From contig NC_058368.1 of NCBI RefSeq assembly GCF_018350175.1, positions 39,372,001-39,436,000 on the forward strand: DNA of 64,000 nucleotides. Reading direction: 5' to 3'. The notes under the pieces were generated by a model. That model made no database searches. It was not told the origin of the DNA and saw only the letters and a program-made list of their open reading frames with translations. Positions 10,877 through 21,729 of the stretch are shown here, piece after piece; within the stretch, counting starts at the first letter, position 1, and every line of letters begins with the position of its first letter. The stretch is from Felis catus. Its lineage: Eukaryota. Both the position numbers and the translations under genes were made by a program.

Positions 10877-13810
10877 TGGTTTAAGGAAAGCTTCCTGGGA
10901 ATGTACAAAAATTATAAGAATATACAAGGAAAGATTGAAAAAATGAAAAGGAAAAATATGTATTAATAAATAAAAAATGCCTGAGAGAGATGTGAAGGAC
11001 ACAAAAGAATGAAGAAACATTTCATCCATTTAAAAGAATGTGTTAACTTACTCATGCCACTTGAAAGAGACAATATCCTGTGTTATTTAATAGCACTACC
11101 AAAAATTATATAGCTTTTCAGAGGAAGGAGAAGATGGTAAAAAAATTATTTAATTTTATATTTTTGGTAATCAGTGAGATTTTGCGTTATGGAGTAAAAC
11201 AATCATTTAAGAGTGAGGATACAGGAAATGGAAGAGTTAGCAGGCATGGGGAAAGAGTTAGAGGTTTGAAGAAAGAAGTGGGGAAGTAGAATTGGAAATA
11301 TATTTTTGGGGAACTGTAGCTAATGGCTAGAAAAAAAATATAGGCTAAATTTTCTGTGTAGAGTTCGATTTGTTTTGAGTTTTTATGAAACTAATGTGTT
11401 CTGTTACATGACTTTCTCTCTGAATAGGTAACAGTTGGGTATAGGCACACACAAAGCAATTACTGGGTCAACCCAGGGTTGCTTTTGCACCAGATTGGTG
11501 TAATAAGCAAATAAGATCTATGGTGTTACTGAAAGTACAGATTGTGAAAACTGGTGTGGATGAAACATGAAGAAAAGAGAAGGCTCATTAATGGTGCTGA
11601 TTTGTCTTGTCAAGGATAGAAAGTCAAATGAGTGAGTTTAGTGTGAGCCACAATCAGATAGAAGAATAAGCAATCTTAAAGGAGTGAGAGCAGTCAAGGA
11701 ATGAAGTCCTTGAGTTATTGAGTTTTCAATGGAGCAATTAGAAATACTGACAACGATCAATTCTATGATTTTTCCAGAAAGGGGAGCAACAGAGGTGCAA
11801 TAGAAGGGAAGATAATCAGAAATGAATTGGTCAAGCAACTGAGAGGCCATGATATTGAAATTATTATCCATGACAGCAAGGAATGGATGGAGAGGAAAAT
11901 TGAATCAAGTTCTAAATTTTAAAATAATTTTTGGGAGATCAGCAGATACAAATTATTGATGTGTGGGGAAAAATTTACATGAATGGCATGGATCCCATCC
12001 CAAACGGAGAGTTGTTGGTTTGTTTGCTGGATTTTTTTTTATTATTATTACAGGAAAATAAAGGGATGTTTTATTCAAAATGAGCAGAGGCCAGCAGGGG
12101 CAGTAACTCAATCTCTCCTCATACTACGCTATGAGAAGAGAACCACAGCATATAAGAGGATGGCAGGAAAAGTTGTGCCTTCCAAATGAGGCCAAATTTT
12201 AAGTTCAGAGAGTAGAGGCATGGGGAGATGCTGAGTTTGCTAAATTTGCAGTAGTAGCTGCAAAAGTCCCATTCAGGAGGATTTGACGGATAAGGAAATT
12301 TTAATATTTTCATGTACTAAATAATATCTTATTAAGCCCCTTTTAACCTCATCTTCACAAAGGAACTATACTGGCATTCAATTCTGTATATCATTTACTC
12401 ATGAATATGAAAAACAGTGGTGCTTCCTTTGGAGCATGTATTCTGTACCAAGAAATCAACAAACAAAAAATATTTTCATTTTAAAATATTCTTTCTCAGC
12501 ACCTGGGCTCCATTACAGTACACATTTTGTTATCCATTATCATGGGATTCATAATGGGGAGCTTTAATCACATATTCTAATTCTCAGCGGAATGTAAGTC
12601 CCAACATACATGAACTACCAATGCTCAAGGAATTTGAGTGGGAAGTTAGTATACTGCATAAAATCCAAATTGGACAAACTTTTATCTCTATTGATTCAAA
12701 AGAACTGTGAACCCTCTAAGGGTCAAAATCTTTAACATTTCTCAGCACTGAATTGATGAAGCATACATGTAACATCTGTTGGTATTTATCATCAATATTT
12801 TGTTGAGTAGTGTATTAAGAATATGCTAATTGATTTCACTACTCCAAGTAAGGAAATACTTCCTTACACAATATAGATAGTTAGAAATACTGCCTAGAGA
12901 GAAGACTGTGCATTACATTTTCAAAATAATTTATGAAAATATTACAGGATAATTATTCTAGCACAGATTCATATTCTCATGGATGATGATTCTGGTCTAT
13001 TTTAAATAAAAAGTAAGAAACATTACTGAATATTTGATTTAGTAAAATAGATTCATGATGCTTCATCAGAAATTATCTCCTAATTTTATTTAAATTTTCT
13101 GGATATGGAAACACTGATGGTTCTTTGGTTGATGAGGCCTTATTTGTTTAGAAATGAGCAATGGCACCCCCACAGGGTCACAGAGAAGCTTTTATCAGTA
13201 ACAGCCTTTAGGCCACAGTTTGCAATCAGTGAATATTTATATTAGTGGCAATTGCACCAGACAGTAATTATCTTATCACAGAGGAAAAGGTTAAAAAGAA
13301 GCTTCTCCATTGAACACCCACTGTGTGGATAATTAAGTATCTCCATGGCTTCTTTCATTACTGCATTCAATAATAGTTAAATACTAGGGAATCTAGCTAT
13401 AATCAGACATGATTTGATGAGACATAGAGAAAGACAGGAATAAACAATTTTAGTCTCTAGTTTTACTTGGTAAATTTCTTAATTTGATAGACAATGGTAA
13501 ACATTTTTATAATATCTCCTCTTTACCCACTGTTGTCCAATGAACAAAGTTATTAAGTAGAAGCACTTAATTGCATCCTGTGACATTCTAGAAAACATAC
13601 TAGGATACCTAAAGTATTTTTTCTTTTAAAAGTAGGTTGAAAGTTATTTGTGAAGATAATTCTTAAAGGCAATTTATTTCAGACACATGTAGGTGATGTT
13701 TAAAATATTATTTTGTCAGAATGGGGTAATAGTCTTCTGTATTATTTATTCCTTGAAGCCAGTGAAGGTCTTTCAGATAAGGTTACTTACATTCTCTCTT
13801 TCAGGTTATT

Positions 13811-14018
13811 TTATTTTATTTTATTAATGTTTATTTATTTTTGAAAGAGAGAGTGAGCGGTGGAGGGGCAGAGAGAGAGGGAGACACAGAATCTGAAGCG
13901 GGCTCTAGGCTCTGAGCATCAGCACAGATCCCCACCTGGGACTTGAACTCATGAAAAGATGATATCATGACCTGAGCCAGATTCAGATGCTTAACCTACT
14001 GAGCCACCCAGCACCCCC
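13811..14018 (-). mobile_element. Can-SINE, SINEC_Fc2-like
   Basis: TSD CTCTTTCAGGTTATT at 13796-13810 and 14019-14033. Confidence 0.95.
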
Positions 14019-14169
14019 CTCTTTCAGGTTATTAAAATAAACTTTTTTTAACAAGATACTAATAACAGGTATTATTAAATGTCACCTGAGAAATACTGAA
14101 AAATAATGCACTTAATTCAACTAAAATTAATTTAGTAAAATAAAAGAAATGCTAATAGCGTTTTTATAT

Positions 14170-14804
14170 TGTCAACCTCCAAAGTAAGACAGCCAGTTAT
14201 TTTACCAACAAAACGGTTTATTTGGAAATAGCAGAGGAATTGCAATTCAGATTATGCCAACTCTGGCAAACCATAGGCAAGTGAGAGATCAAAGCAGAGA
14301 AACATACTTTATAGAGAAAAGCTGAAGCTGGGAGGGGCTGCTTTGATGAAAGCAAGAGTTCAGAGGTGGTGCTGGTTTATTATTGGCTGAGTGTGGTCTT
14401 TTCCTATTGGCTGAGATTGTGTGCTGGGCAAAGGGAATTTCTTCCTCCTGCTGAGTAGTAAAGTAGGCTTTTTCCTGTTGGGGTCTGCAATTGACTGACA
14501 AGTGGTAAGGCATGAGAGCTCACCTGACTGACCTCACAACTTCATTTTATTTTTTTTTTTAACGTTTATTTATTTTTGGGACAGAGAGAGACAGAGCATG
14601 AACGGCGGAGGGGCAGAGAGAGAGGGAGACACAGAATCGGAAACAGGCTCCAGGCTCTGAGCCATCAGCCCAGAGCCTGACGCGGGGCTCGAACTCACGG
14701 ACCGCGAGATCGTGACCTGGCTGAAGTCGGACGCTTAACCGACTGTGCCACCCAGGCGCCCCTCACAACTTCATTTTAAATGAGGTTTCCTTTATTCTCT
14801 TTCG
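14170..14804 (-). mobile_element. ERV solo LTR (probably carnivore ERV1 class), interrupted by a SINE
   Basis: On the minus strand: 5' GAAAGAGAATAAAGGAAACCTCATTTAAAATGAAG, two CCAAT boxes, TATAAA, AATAAA, and a 3' end GTTGACA. Confidence 0.7.
14550..14762 (-). mobile_element. Young Can-SINE, SINEC_Fc(1)-like, nested in the LTR
   Basis: CpG-rich near-consensus copy; perfect TSD TCACAACTTCATTTTA at 14534-14549 and 14763-14778. Confidence 0.97.
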
Positions 14805-14962
14805 TGCTTTACAGAAAATGAGCTTGATGCTTCAGTTTCTGGCAATAGGTACTGTCTCAATATGTAGGTCATATTAGTGTTCTCTCTTCCTAAACTTTCA
14901 ATTCAGAGCTTGTGTTTCTGTAATATGAGAACATGAAATAGGCACAGATGATGACTGATCGC

Positions 14963-15045
14963 TTATTTATTTGTTAATTCAACAAAGCATTGAGCAGCCT
15001 ATCCCCAGGCACTCTTCTAGGAACAAGATATGCATTGGAGATTAA
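14963..15045 (-). mobile_element. L2 3' tail fragment
   Basis: ATTCAACAAAGCATTGAGCAGCCTAT..CCAGGCACTCTTCTAGG, the typical L2 3' end in reverse. Confidence 0.65.
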
Positions 15046-15088
15046 AACAAAACAAAACAAAACAAAACAACAAAACAAAACAAAAAAA
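15043..15088. repeat. (AAAAC)n pentanucleotide repeat
   Basis: Seen directly. Confidence 0.9.
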
Positions 15089-15100
15089 GGATAAAAATAA

Positions 15101-15309
15101 GGGGCTCCAGGGTGGTTCGGTAGGATGAGCATCCAACTTCAGCTTAGGTCATGATCTCCCAGTTGGTGGGTTCGAGCCCTACGTTGGGCTCTGGGAGGAC
15201 AGCTCAGAGCCTGGACCCTGCTTCGGTTTCTCTGTCTCCTTCTCTGTCTGCCCCTCTCCCACTCAGACCCTGTCTCTCTCTCTCAAAAATAAATAAACAT
15301 TAAAAAAAA
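15101..15309 (+). mobile_element. Can-SINE, SINEC_Fc2-like
   Basis: GGGGCTCCAGGGTGGTTCGGTAGG...AATAAATAAACATTAAAA; flanks share AACAAAA..AGGATAAAA (degenerate TSD). Confidence 0.93.
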
Positions 15310-15584
15310 GTTAACAAAACAAAACAGGATAAAACTGTTTTCACTGAGAGAAATTAGGGCACCATATCGATGGTTAGAAAAGAGTGAAATCATCATCCCA
15401 CTCTATGATTTTGCCACACTCAATTCTAGTAGTCTGAAGTATATAATTTCTCAGGCCACAAGACTGCATTTTAGAGAGCAGTATTTTCACAGATTTAGCT
15501 TCTATCCATATTCATAAAACAATATTTTCTATAATAAATACCCGTCTCCAGAATTCTGCCACTCACCACTACTCATGCTAAGTG

Positions 15585-16000
15585 AATAAGACAGACATAG
15601 ATTTCTGCTTACATTCTAGTGGTCTCTGGTAGTGTATGAGGAGAGGCCAAAGTCAAAAAACTGAGAAGGAGGCAGGGGATTTGAGATGAGGAACCTGCGT
15701 GATAACAGGAGAGGTAGGAGCATGGGGTATCAAGAAGCCTTAACAGGAAAATGATTGAGACAGAATGGTGAAACCAGGTAAAGCTCTACTGATAATGTGA
15801 ATGAGATACCGCAAGTGAGTTTGGTGAATAAAATTTGTTGCTAGCCTTGGCAATAACAGTTTCATTAAAGCGTCAGAATTTGAGTTCCTGATGGTAGTTG
15901 AGAAATGGACCAAGAGTAAAATATTTCTTTTAAGACGTTTTGATGAAAGAAGAATGTAAGAAATGAGGTATAGTCAGAAGTAGAGATAGGTCTTTATTTT
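15585..16000 (-). mobile_element. L2 fragments
   Basis: GCTTACATTCTAGTGG, AACTGAGAAGGAG, GGTATCAAGAAGCC, CCTTGGCAATAACAGTTTC in L2 reverse order. Confidence 0.55.
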
Positions 16001-16022
16001 TTAAGGCCTGAAAACATTTGAG

Positions 16023-16345
16023 CAGGGCTCCTAACTCTATAAGGCCCACGAGTGAGGTTTGGGAATGAAATGAAGAGAAATTTGCATGTTTATTTTCACT
16101 AACTTCTATTTAAGTTGATCTTTTCTTTCCATTATTACTGTAGAAGAAAAATTCAGATAATTTAGTTATAGCTATAATTTCATCAGCAATAGAAATCATA
16201 GCTATAGTTATTATAGTTGTTCAAGATATAGAGAAATGTTATTTATGCTCAGATATTATTATTGAGGCTTCCTGCTAATTCTTATTATTAAATAAGGAAG
16301 TGCATATATACTATATCAAATCTTGTTCTTAATGTTTTTAATATT
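16023..16345 (+). mobile_element. hAT-Charlie element, Charlie4a-like (partial)
   Basis: CAGGG start; TTTATTTTCACTAACTTCTA, CAGCAATAGAAATCATAG, GGAAGTGCATATATACTATATCAAA. Confidence 0.7.
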
Positions 16346-18039
16346 TTAACTTTGGGATAACTGTGTATTTGGGGAAAGTTGTAAAAATAAATCAGTGGTT
16401 TCCTTCAGCCAGTTTCCCCAAAATGCAAACATTTTATATTAGCACTATAATTTTGTCAGCAGCCCCTCTGGGCCCCCAAATCAGTACATTATGTTACTAT
16501 TAACTAAATATGTAACTTTAATACCGATTTCAACTCCAAGTGCCTTCCCATTTTGTATCCATTTTCAGGAATATACCTGTTTTCCTTCTTTGAATATTCA
16601 AATTCTACCTGTGCTTCAACGCAGTTTAAAATGCCCACCCTGTCTAAGTTTATGGCATTGGTATGTCACCTTCCATAACGTCTTCATGTGATTTTGTATT
16701 GCTATTGTGACAACCATACAATTTATTTCCAAATGTAAGTACATTAAACCTGAGAGTAGATGCATGAAGATTGATGTAAAATAAAAATTTTAAGTGGACA
16801 GATGAGGTTCTTAAGTTTGGACATTAAGGCTGCTAGCTTGGGGGGAGCAGTAAGCAAAAATAGCTAGCTAGCTAGCGGAAGAAGCGTCTAAAAGGGATGC
16901 AGGGATTAAGGAAACAAATGATCATGAACCGATTTTTTTTGGCTAATTCTTTTTAAAAAGAATGTGTCTATAGTGTTTTAGAAAGTTTCTTGAAGCAATA
17001 AATACGAATTGTTTTCTTGTGATATTTTTCAATTGTATGCTTTTTTATATGATATTTTCATAACTTTTTAAAAAACTATGCATAGAATTGTATCATACAG
17101 TTCCATTACTGAGACAAGTCTTTTTGATAAAAATCTAATAAGTAGGAGAAGTTACCAATAAGAGGTAATATGACTACTAAGTTTTATTCATTTACTTGAC
17201 CACATAAAATCTATACTTACCTTTTAATAGAGTTAATGAGAGTTTTCACTATTTATAAGCTTCAGCCATTCAGTGGTAATTAGCATGGAGGTGTTATTCA
17301 CTCTTGTCCTAATACAGGTTTCCTTTTAACCTTTCTAAGAGGTCCTGCTATTTTTTGCTTCATTGCTTTGCTTTATTGAACATTATACGACATGGCAAGC
17401 AATTAAGTATGATTGTGTAGGAAATTAAATCAGCAAAAGTGCATTAATGGTCAGGTTTAAATACATAAAAGCAACAAAATTGAAGTAAAGGTTGCAATTC
17501 TATATTTAACTTATCTTATTGTGTCCAGGTACTGTAGAATGTAAAAATGTGTTAAATCATTCATGCTTTGAAGAGCATAAAAATATTTCTTCATGGTGGA
17601 TTTAGTTGATGACAGGATTTAAAGCCTTGTCAGGAAAGGGTCATAATTATCCTTATTTAATAACATTTCCAGGGTTAGTTTTTATTTGTTATCTTATTCT
17701 TGGCAGAATGGGGCTAAATTCTAAATAGGCAAAGTACTTGAATGCATATGTAGTGTTCACTGATTATCTATTTTCAACTTCTAAAGTAAATATATCTGAA
17801 TATTACATCACTGTTTAATGTAAATGTTTGGATTTATTTCACAAAAAAGGACAGTTTGGATTAGTGAAAATAATTTCAGTGGAAAATGAGTCAGAACCAG
17901 AGATAAAAAAGGTTTTATTGATTATTTTTAATTAAAAGATAAATTATATCCTATGATAAAACTGAATGGATAATTTTTCAAAATATAAGTATTCATGAAG
18001 TAGGAAACATTGGAGACCATGAATTTTTTCACAGATAAA

Positions 18040-18225
18040 ATATTATTTCCATAAATGTCCCAGCCCAAATGGTTTCTTCAGTATTTTCTTTCAGATGTTC
18101 TGGTGAGAGAAAGTTCCCATGCTTTAAAAATGAATCAGAATATATATCAAATGGAATACTACTGAATTAATTGTTGGATGCTGGCATATATAAATCTGGT
18201 ATCAAAATCAAAACCAATTAAAAGT
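18040..18225 (+). mobile_element. Old L1 ORF2 (start of RT) fragment
   Basis: CCCAGCCCAAATGGTTTCTTCAGTATTTTCTTTCAGATGTTC resembles the PGPDGFTGEFYQTF-coding region. Confidence 0.55.
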
Positions 18226-18837
18226 GCAAACCAACACAGGAAATCTTTGGACTAATTGCGAGACATTTTTGGCATTTTTACCTGGTAGATAGATGATTGT
18301 TTGGTCATAAATGGACAAGGCATAAAAATAAAACACCTTGTTATTGGTCTGTAGACATTAGTCCAATCTGTTACTCACTCCCTTAGATAATAATTGCACA
18401 TTTTCTTTTCTCTTCTTTTCCGAATCTTTCAACATGTCTTCACATTTTCACTCATAGCTGATGATAGTTATACCAAATTTAGTAAGAACACTGTAACAAT
18501 TGGAAGTGAATTTCTACAAACTCTCCTTACTACTTTGCTATTTCAATCTGTTCCCATAACTTCTGTGTAGCTGAAATCATAGATGAAATGTCTTTGCTCC
18601 TTTCTGGGATAAGCTCTCTCCTTTTGCACAAGATACTATTAAAGGGCATTGCTTCTGCAATTCTTCCTTCTCTTTATCATTGTTTTGTTTTCCTTTTGTC
18701 TAATGAAAACCAATCTAGTGCATCCTATTTCACTAGAAAAATAAAGTTGTTTCCATGTGATACGGCTCCCTACCACTTAGTTCTGTGACATCATCCCCCA
18801 TAACTTACTGCATTCCAGTTACCTTGCCATTTTCTCT

Positions 18838-18840
<3 letters not shown>

Positions 18841-18882
<42 letters not shown>
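18841..18882. repeat. (TG)21 microsatellite
   Basis: Seen directly. Confidence 0.97.
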
Positions 18883-18886
<4 letters not shown>

Positions 18887-19764
18887 GAACGTTCTAGGCA
18901 TTCTCCCACCTTAATCCCATTTGGTATTTCTTCTGTCTGAAATGTTTTGCCCCCAAATACCTACATTCCTCAAAACTTCTCATCTGAATTTTGTAATACT
19001 GAGTTCTTAACAAAGTAATGTTTCTATTTTATAGAATGATTGTAATCTCTTCTAGAAAAATCAGGCAAGAGTGATTAAATTTTTGAAAAAATACATGAAA
19101 GTTTGCCTAATAAATATCAAAACATGAAAAAGATGCTCAAAGAAGCTAATGCAATGGCTAGATTTTTTGAAAAATGAAAATCTGCTTAGAGCCTTGCTTC
19201 AACATGGCCATAAAGATAATTACCAGATGAACAAAATAAGTAAAATCTAACCCAAAAATGAAATTAACAAATGACAAAAAGTAAAGCCATCATACAGGAT
19301 ATGTTCCAAGCCTCTCGAAACGGGGGTCTTTTCCAAGCATAAACAATGAAGGAATTCACAACAGAAAATCTTAATATATTTGAATATATACAATTAAGAG
19401 TTTCTCTATGTCAAAAAAAAGTAGAACACAAGTAACAAATGACTGAAAAGTTTGACAGATAATTAGGATGTATACTTCTAGCTAAAGAAAGCATTGTTGC
19501 ACCCAAGATAAATTATAAAAGTACTTAAGATGATATCTCACATATATTGTGTATTATATAATGGCAAAGAAATATATGAAGAAAATTTGTACCTCTCTGA
19601 GATGAAAAACATATACAAAGTACATAAATTCATTAGGGACTGTGCATTGCTGTATTTTGGCATTTTAGATCAAGAGTTTACTCTGTAATGAGAGAAACAC
19701 TTCTAGAAGGCTGCAGGAGGACTCTGTATACCTTCTTTCCACAGAAACAATCATACTAAATTTC

Positions 19765-19767
<3 letters not shown>

Positions 19768-19814
<47 letters not shown>

Positions 19815-19833
19815 CACACACACACACACACAC
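19768..19833. repeat. (AC)~33 microsatellite with one interruption
   Basis: Seen directly. Confidence 0.97.
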
Positions 19834-21248
19834 CATTTAACATTATCTGGAAATTGTCCTAAGATCACATAAAAAAATGAGGAAACACTTTTTTGCGAAA
19901 ATGTGCTTAATTATGTTAAGAACAAGGACAGCCTGTTGCATTTGAGCTATGATCTACTCCCTCACCCGTCTCCAGCTCAGCATGATGGATGCTTTTACCA
20001 AGGGTGGGTGTAATCAAGAAAATGGGGCTTTCCTCTCCCTCCAGCTCTCAGTTTTAGGTGATGGTTTCTCTTCAGGAACGGCAGGTTGCCACTCATCTCC
20101 AACTCATTTAAGAGAAGCTCTTAGGTAAGTGCTTCTGATACATCTGGGGCTCCCTTCTTCCATCACCCAGCCCCTGACTACTACACAAACTGTCCCAAAC
20201 AAGGCAGGCTGAGAATACAGTGCTCTGATTGCCCTCACTCTGGCTTGGTTGTAGGGCAGTTTCCACACTGGGAGAGGCAGGCCAAGAAGACTAGGGGCTC
20301 CTGACCCACCCAGCACCCTGCTCAGCAGGTGTCTCACTCTGAGAAAAATAGGCTGATCCACATGCCTTGATCTTTGGACCAATAGCACAGTGTTTCTGTC
20401 CAGTGGGAGTGGCAGACCATGAGAACAGACAGCAGTCTAGTGCTCCTGTAAAGGAACTGACTTTACTGGAGACTGAATATTCAGAAAACCTGTTGGGAAA
20501 TTTAGTCCTAAGGGTGCAGTTAAGAGCAATGGAGATTTTAGCAGTGAGCAATTAAGTAGAGGCTGGGTGCTCCATGAGAACAACAGCTAAACTTCAAACC
20601 AGCTAGAAACTTATCAGAGGCAGGAAGTTAAGAGACATGTAAGAGCCTTTCTGGAGTCAGAACAAGCCCCAAAGACTGGCCTCCTTAACTAGTCCTGCAA
20701 AAGGTTTGAATTAATTTTTAGGTCATGAAGCAGTATATACCCCAGTACGTTGTTAAAAACGATAGAAGAATAAGCTAGCAATTAGTAGAGGCCAACAGAA
20801 GGGTGTAATATCAGCAGAGAGACCAAAGCCAGAAGGTAAATAATAAGATCAGGGAAGGAGACAGAGAGAACCTAGCTGAAACGACTGTTATCACAGGATT
20901 TGGGAGAGGGGTTCATATTGATCATGAGTGTGCCCAAGGCTGTGCCCTCTCAACAGTGACATTGGAGGGGGCATAGAGTTCACTGACATGGTTCAAATGA
21001 GTTGGTAAGCAAATACGCAAAAAAGAAGTAAATAGCAATAAGCCCTAGAGGCGGGAGGCTTAGTGTCCAGAGTTGCTACAATATAAGATGCTACAATTAA
21101 TGAGCTGAATGTCCAATAATCTATACAAAGGAGAGAAAAGAAGGCACTGTAAACTGACTTTAGAGATCTGAGTGAGAAAAAAATTCAAAGCTGCTATTAT
21201 AAATGTTAAGAATTAATGAAATGTACGTTTAAATAAGTAGGAGAAGGT

Positions 21249-21411
21249 GGGTCACCTGGGTGGCTCAGTCAGTTGAGCACCCACACTTGATTTGGATCAC
21301 GTCATGATCCCAGAGTCATAGGATAGAGCCCGGCATGAGGCTCCACAGAGTGTGAGACTGCTTAAGATTCTCGCTGTCTCCCTCTCAAAAAAAATTTTTT
21401 TAAATAAATAA
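21249..21411 (+). mobile_element. Older Can-SINE
   Basis: GGGTCACCTGGGTGGCTCAGTCAGTTGAGCA...CTGCTTAAGATTCTC, short tail. Confidence 0.88.
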
Positions 21412-21729
21412 GTGTCTCATCAAATAGAGAATACAAATGAGAAAGAAATTATAAAAAAGATTATATTATCTGTACAATTTTTTAAATTTTTGATAAGCAG
21501 ACTTTCTTCATGGGAAACTATTAACATAACACTGGTTCATCAAGCTTTGTGGTGATATCAACAATTGTAATATAAATTTATTTTATCTTAAATGATGAGC
21601 GTTTTAACTGAATTTATAGTAGAGGGCACAAGAATGTTATTATTTCTCCTTTGGTAAAATGGATCTCCAAAAGTTTTACTTTGATTATTTGAACTGGATT
21701 TTTTTTAACGGCAAATGTTATTGTTATAA

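Larger units (their letters stand above)
8530..12300 (-). mobile_element. Long fragmented LINE-2 fossil
   Basis: Collinear L2 reverse blocks at ~8530-8930 (GGAAAGACCATTCCCAG, TTTTGGGTTTTATTCTAA, GAATGACATGATTGGATTT), ~9800-10090, ~10520-10670 and ~11500-12250. Interrupted by a SINE, a MaLR LTR and a microsatellite. Confidence 0.6.
19670..21460 (+). mobile_element. L1 5' UTR to start of ORF1 (L1MD/L1MC-type 5' end)
   Basis: CCATTTAACATTATCTGGAAATTGTCCTAAG..AAATGAGGAAACAC, GC-richer UTR body, AATAAGCCCTAGAGG..TCCAGAGTTGCTACAAT, TCAAAGCTGCTATTATAAATGT, TCTCATCAAATAGAGAATA. Confidence 0.65.

Noticed and set aside
10528..11029. Poly-Glu, poly-Pro and poly-Asn ORFs
   Set aside because: They are translations of the CCT/TTA microsatellite.
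12420..12444. Weak resemblance to the U6 snRNA 5' end
   Set aside because: About 25 nt with many mismatches and no continuation; chance.
17880..17893. GGAAA next to TGAGTCA (NFAT:AP-1-like)
   Set aside because: The 1-nt spacing does not match the composite element, and single motifs are expected by chance.
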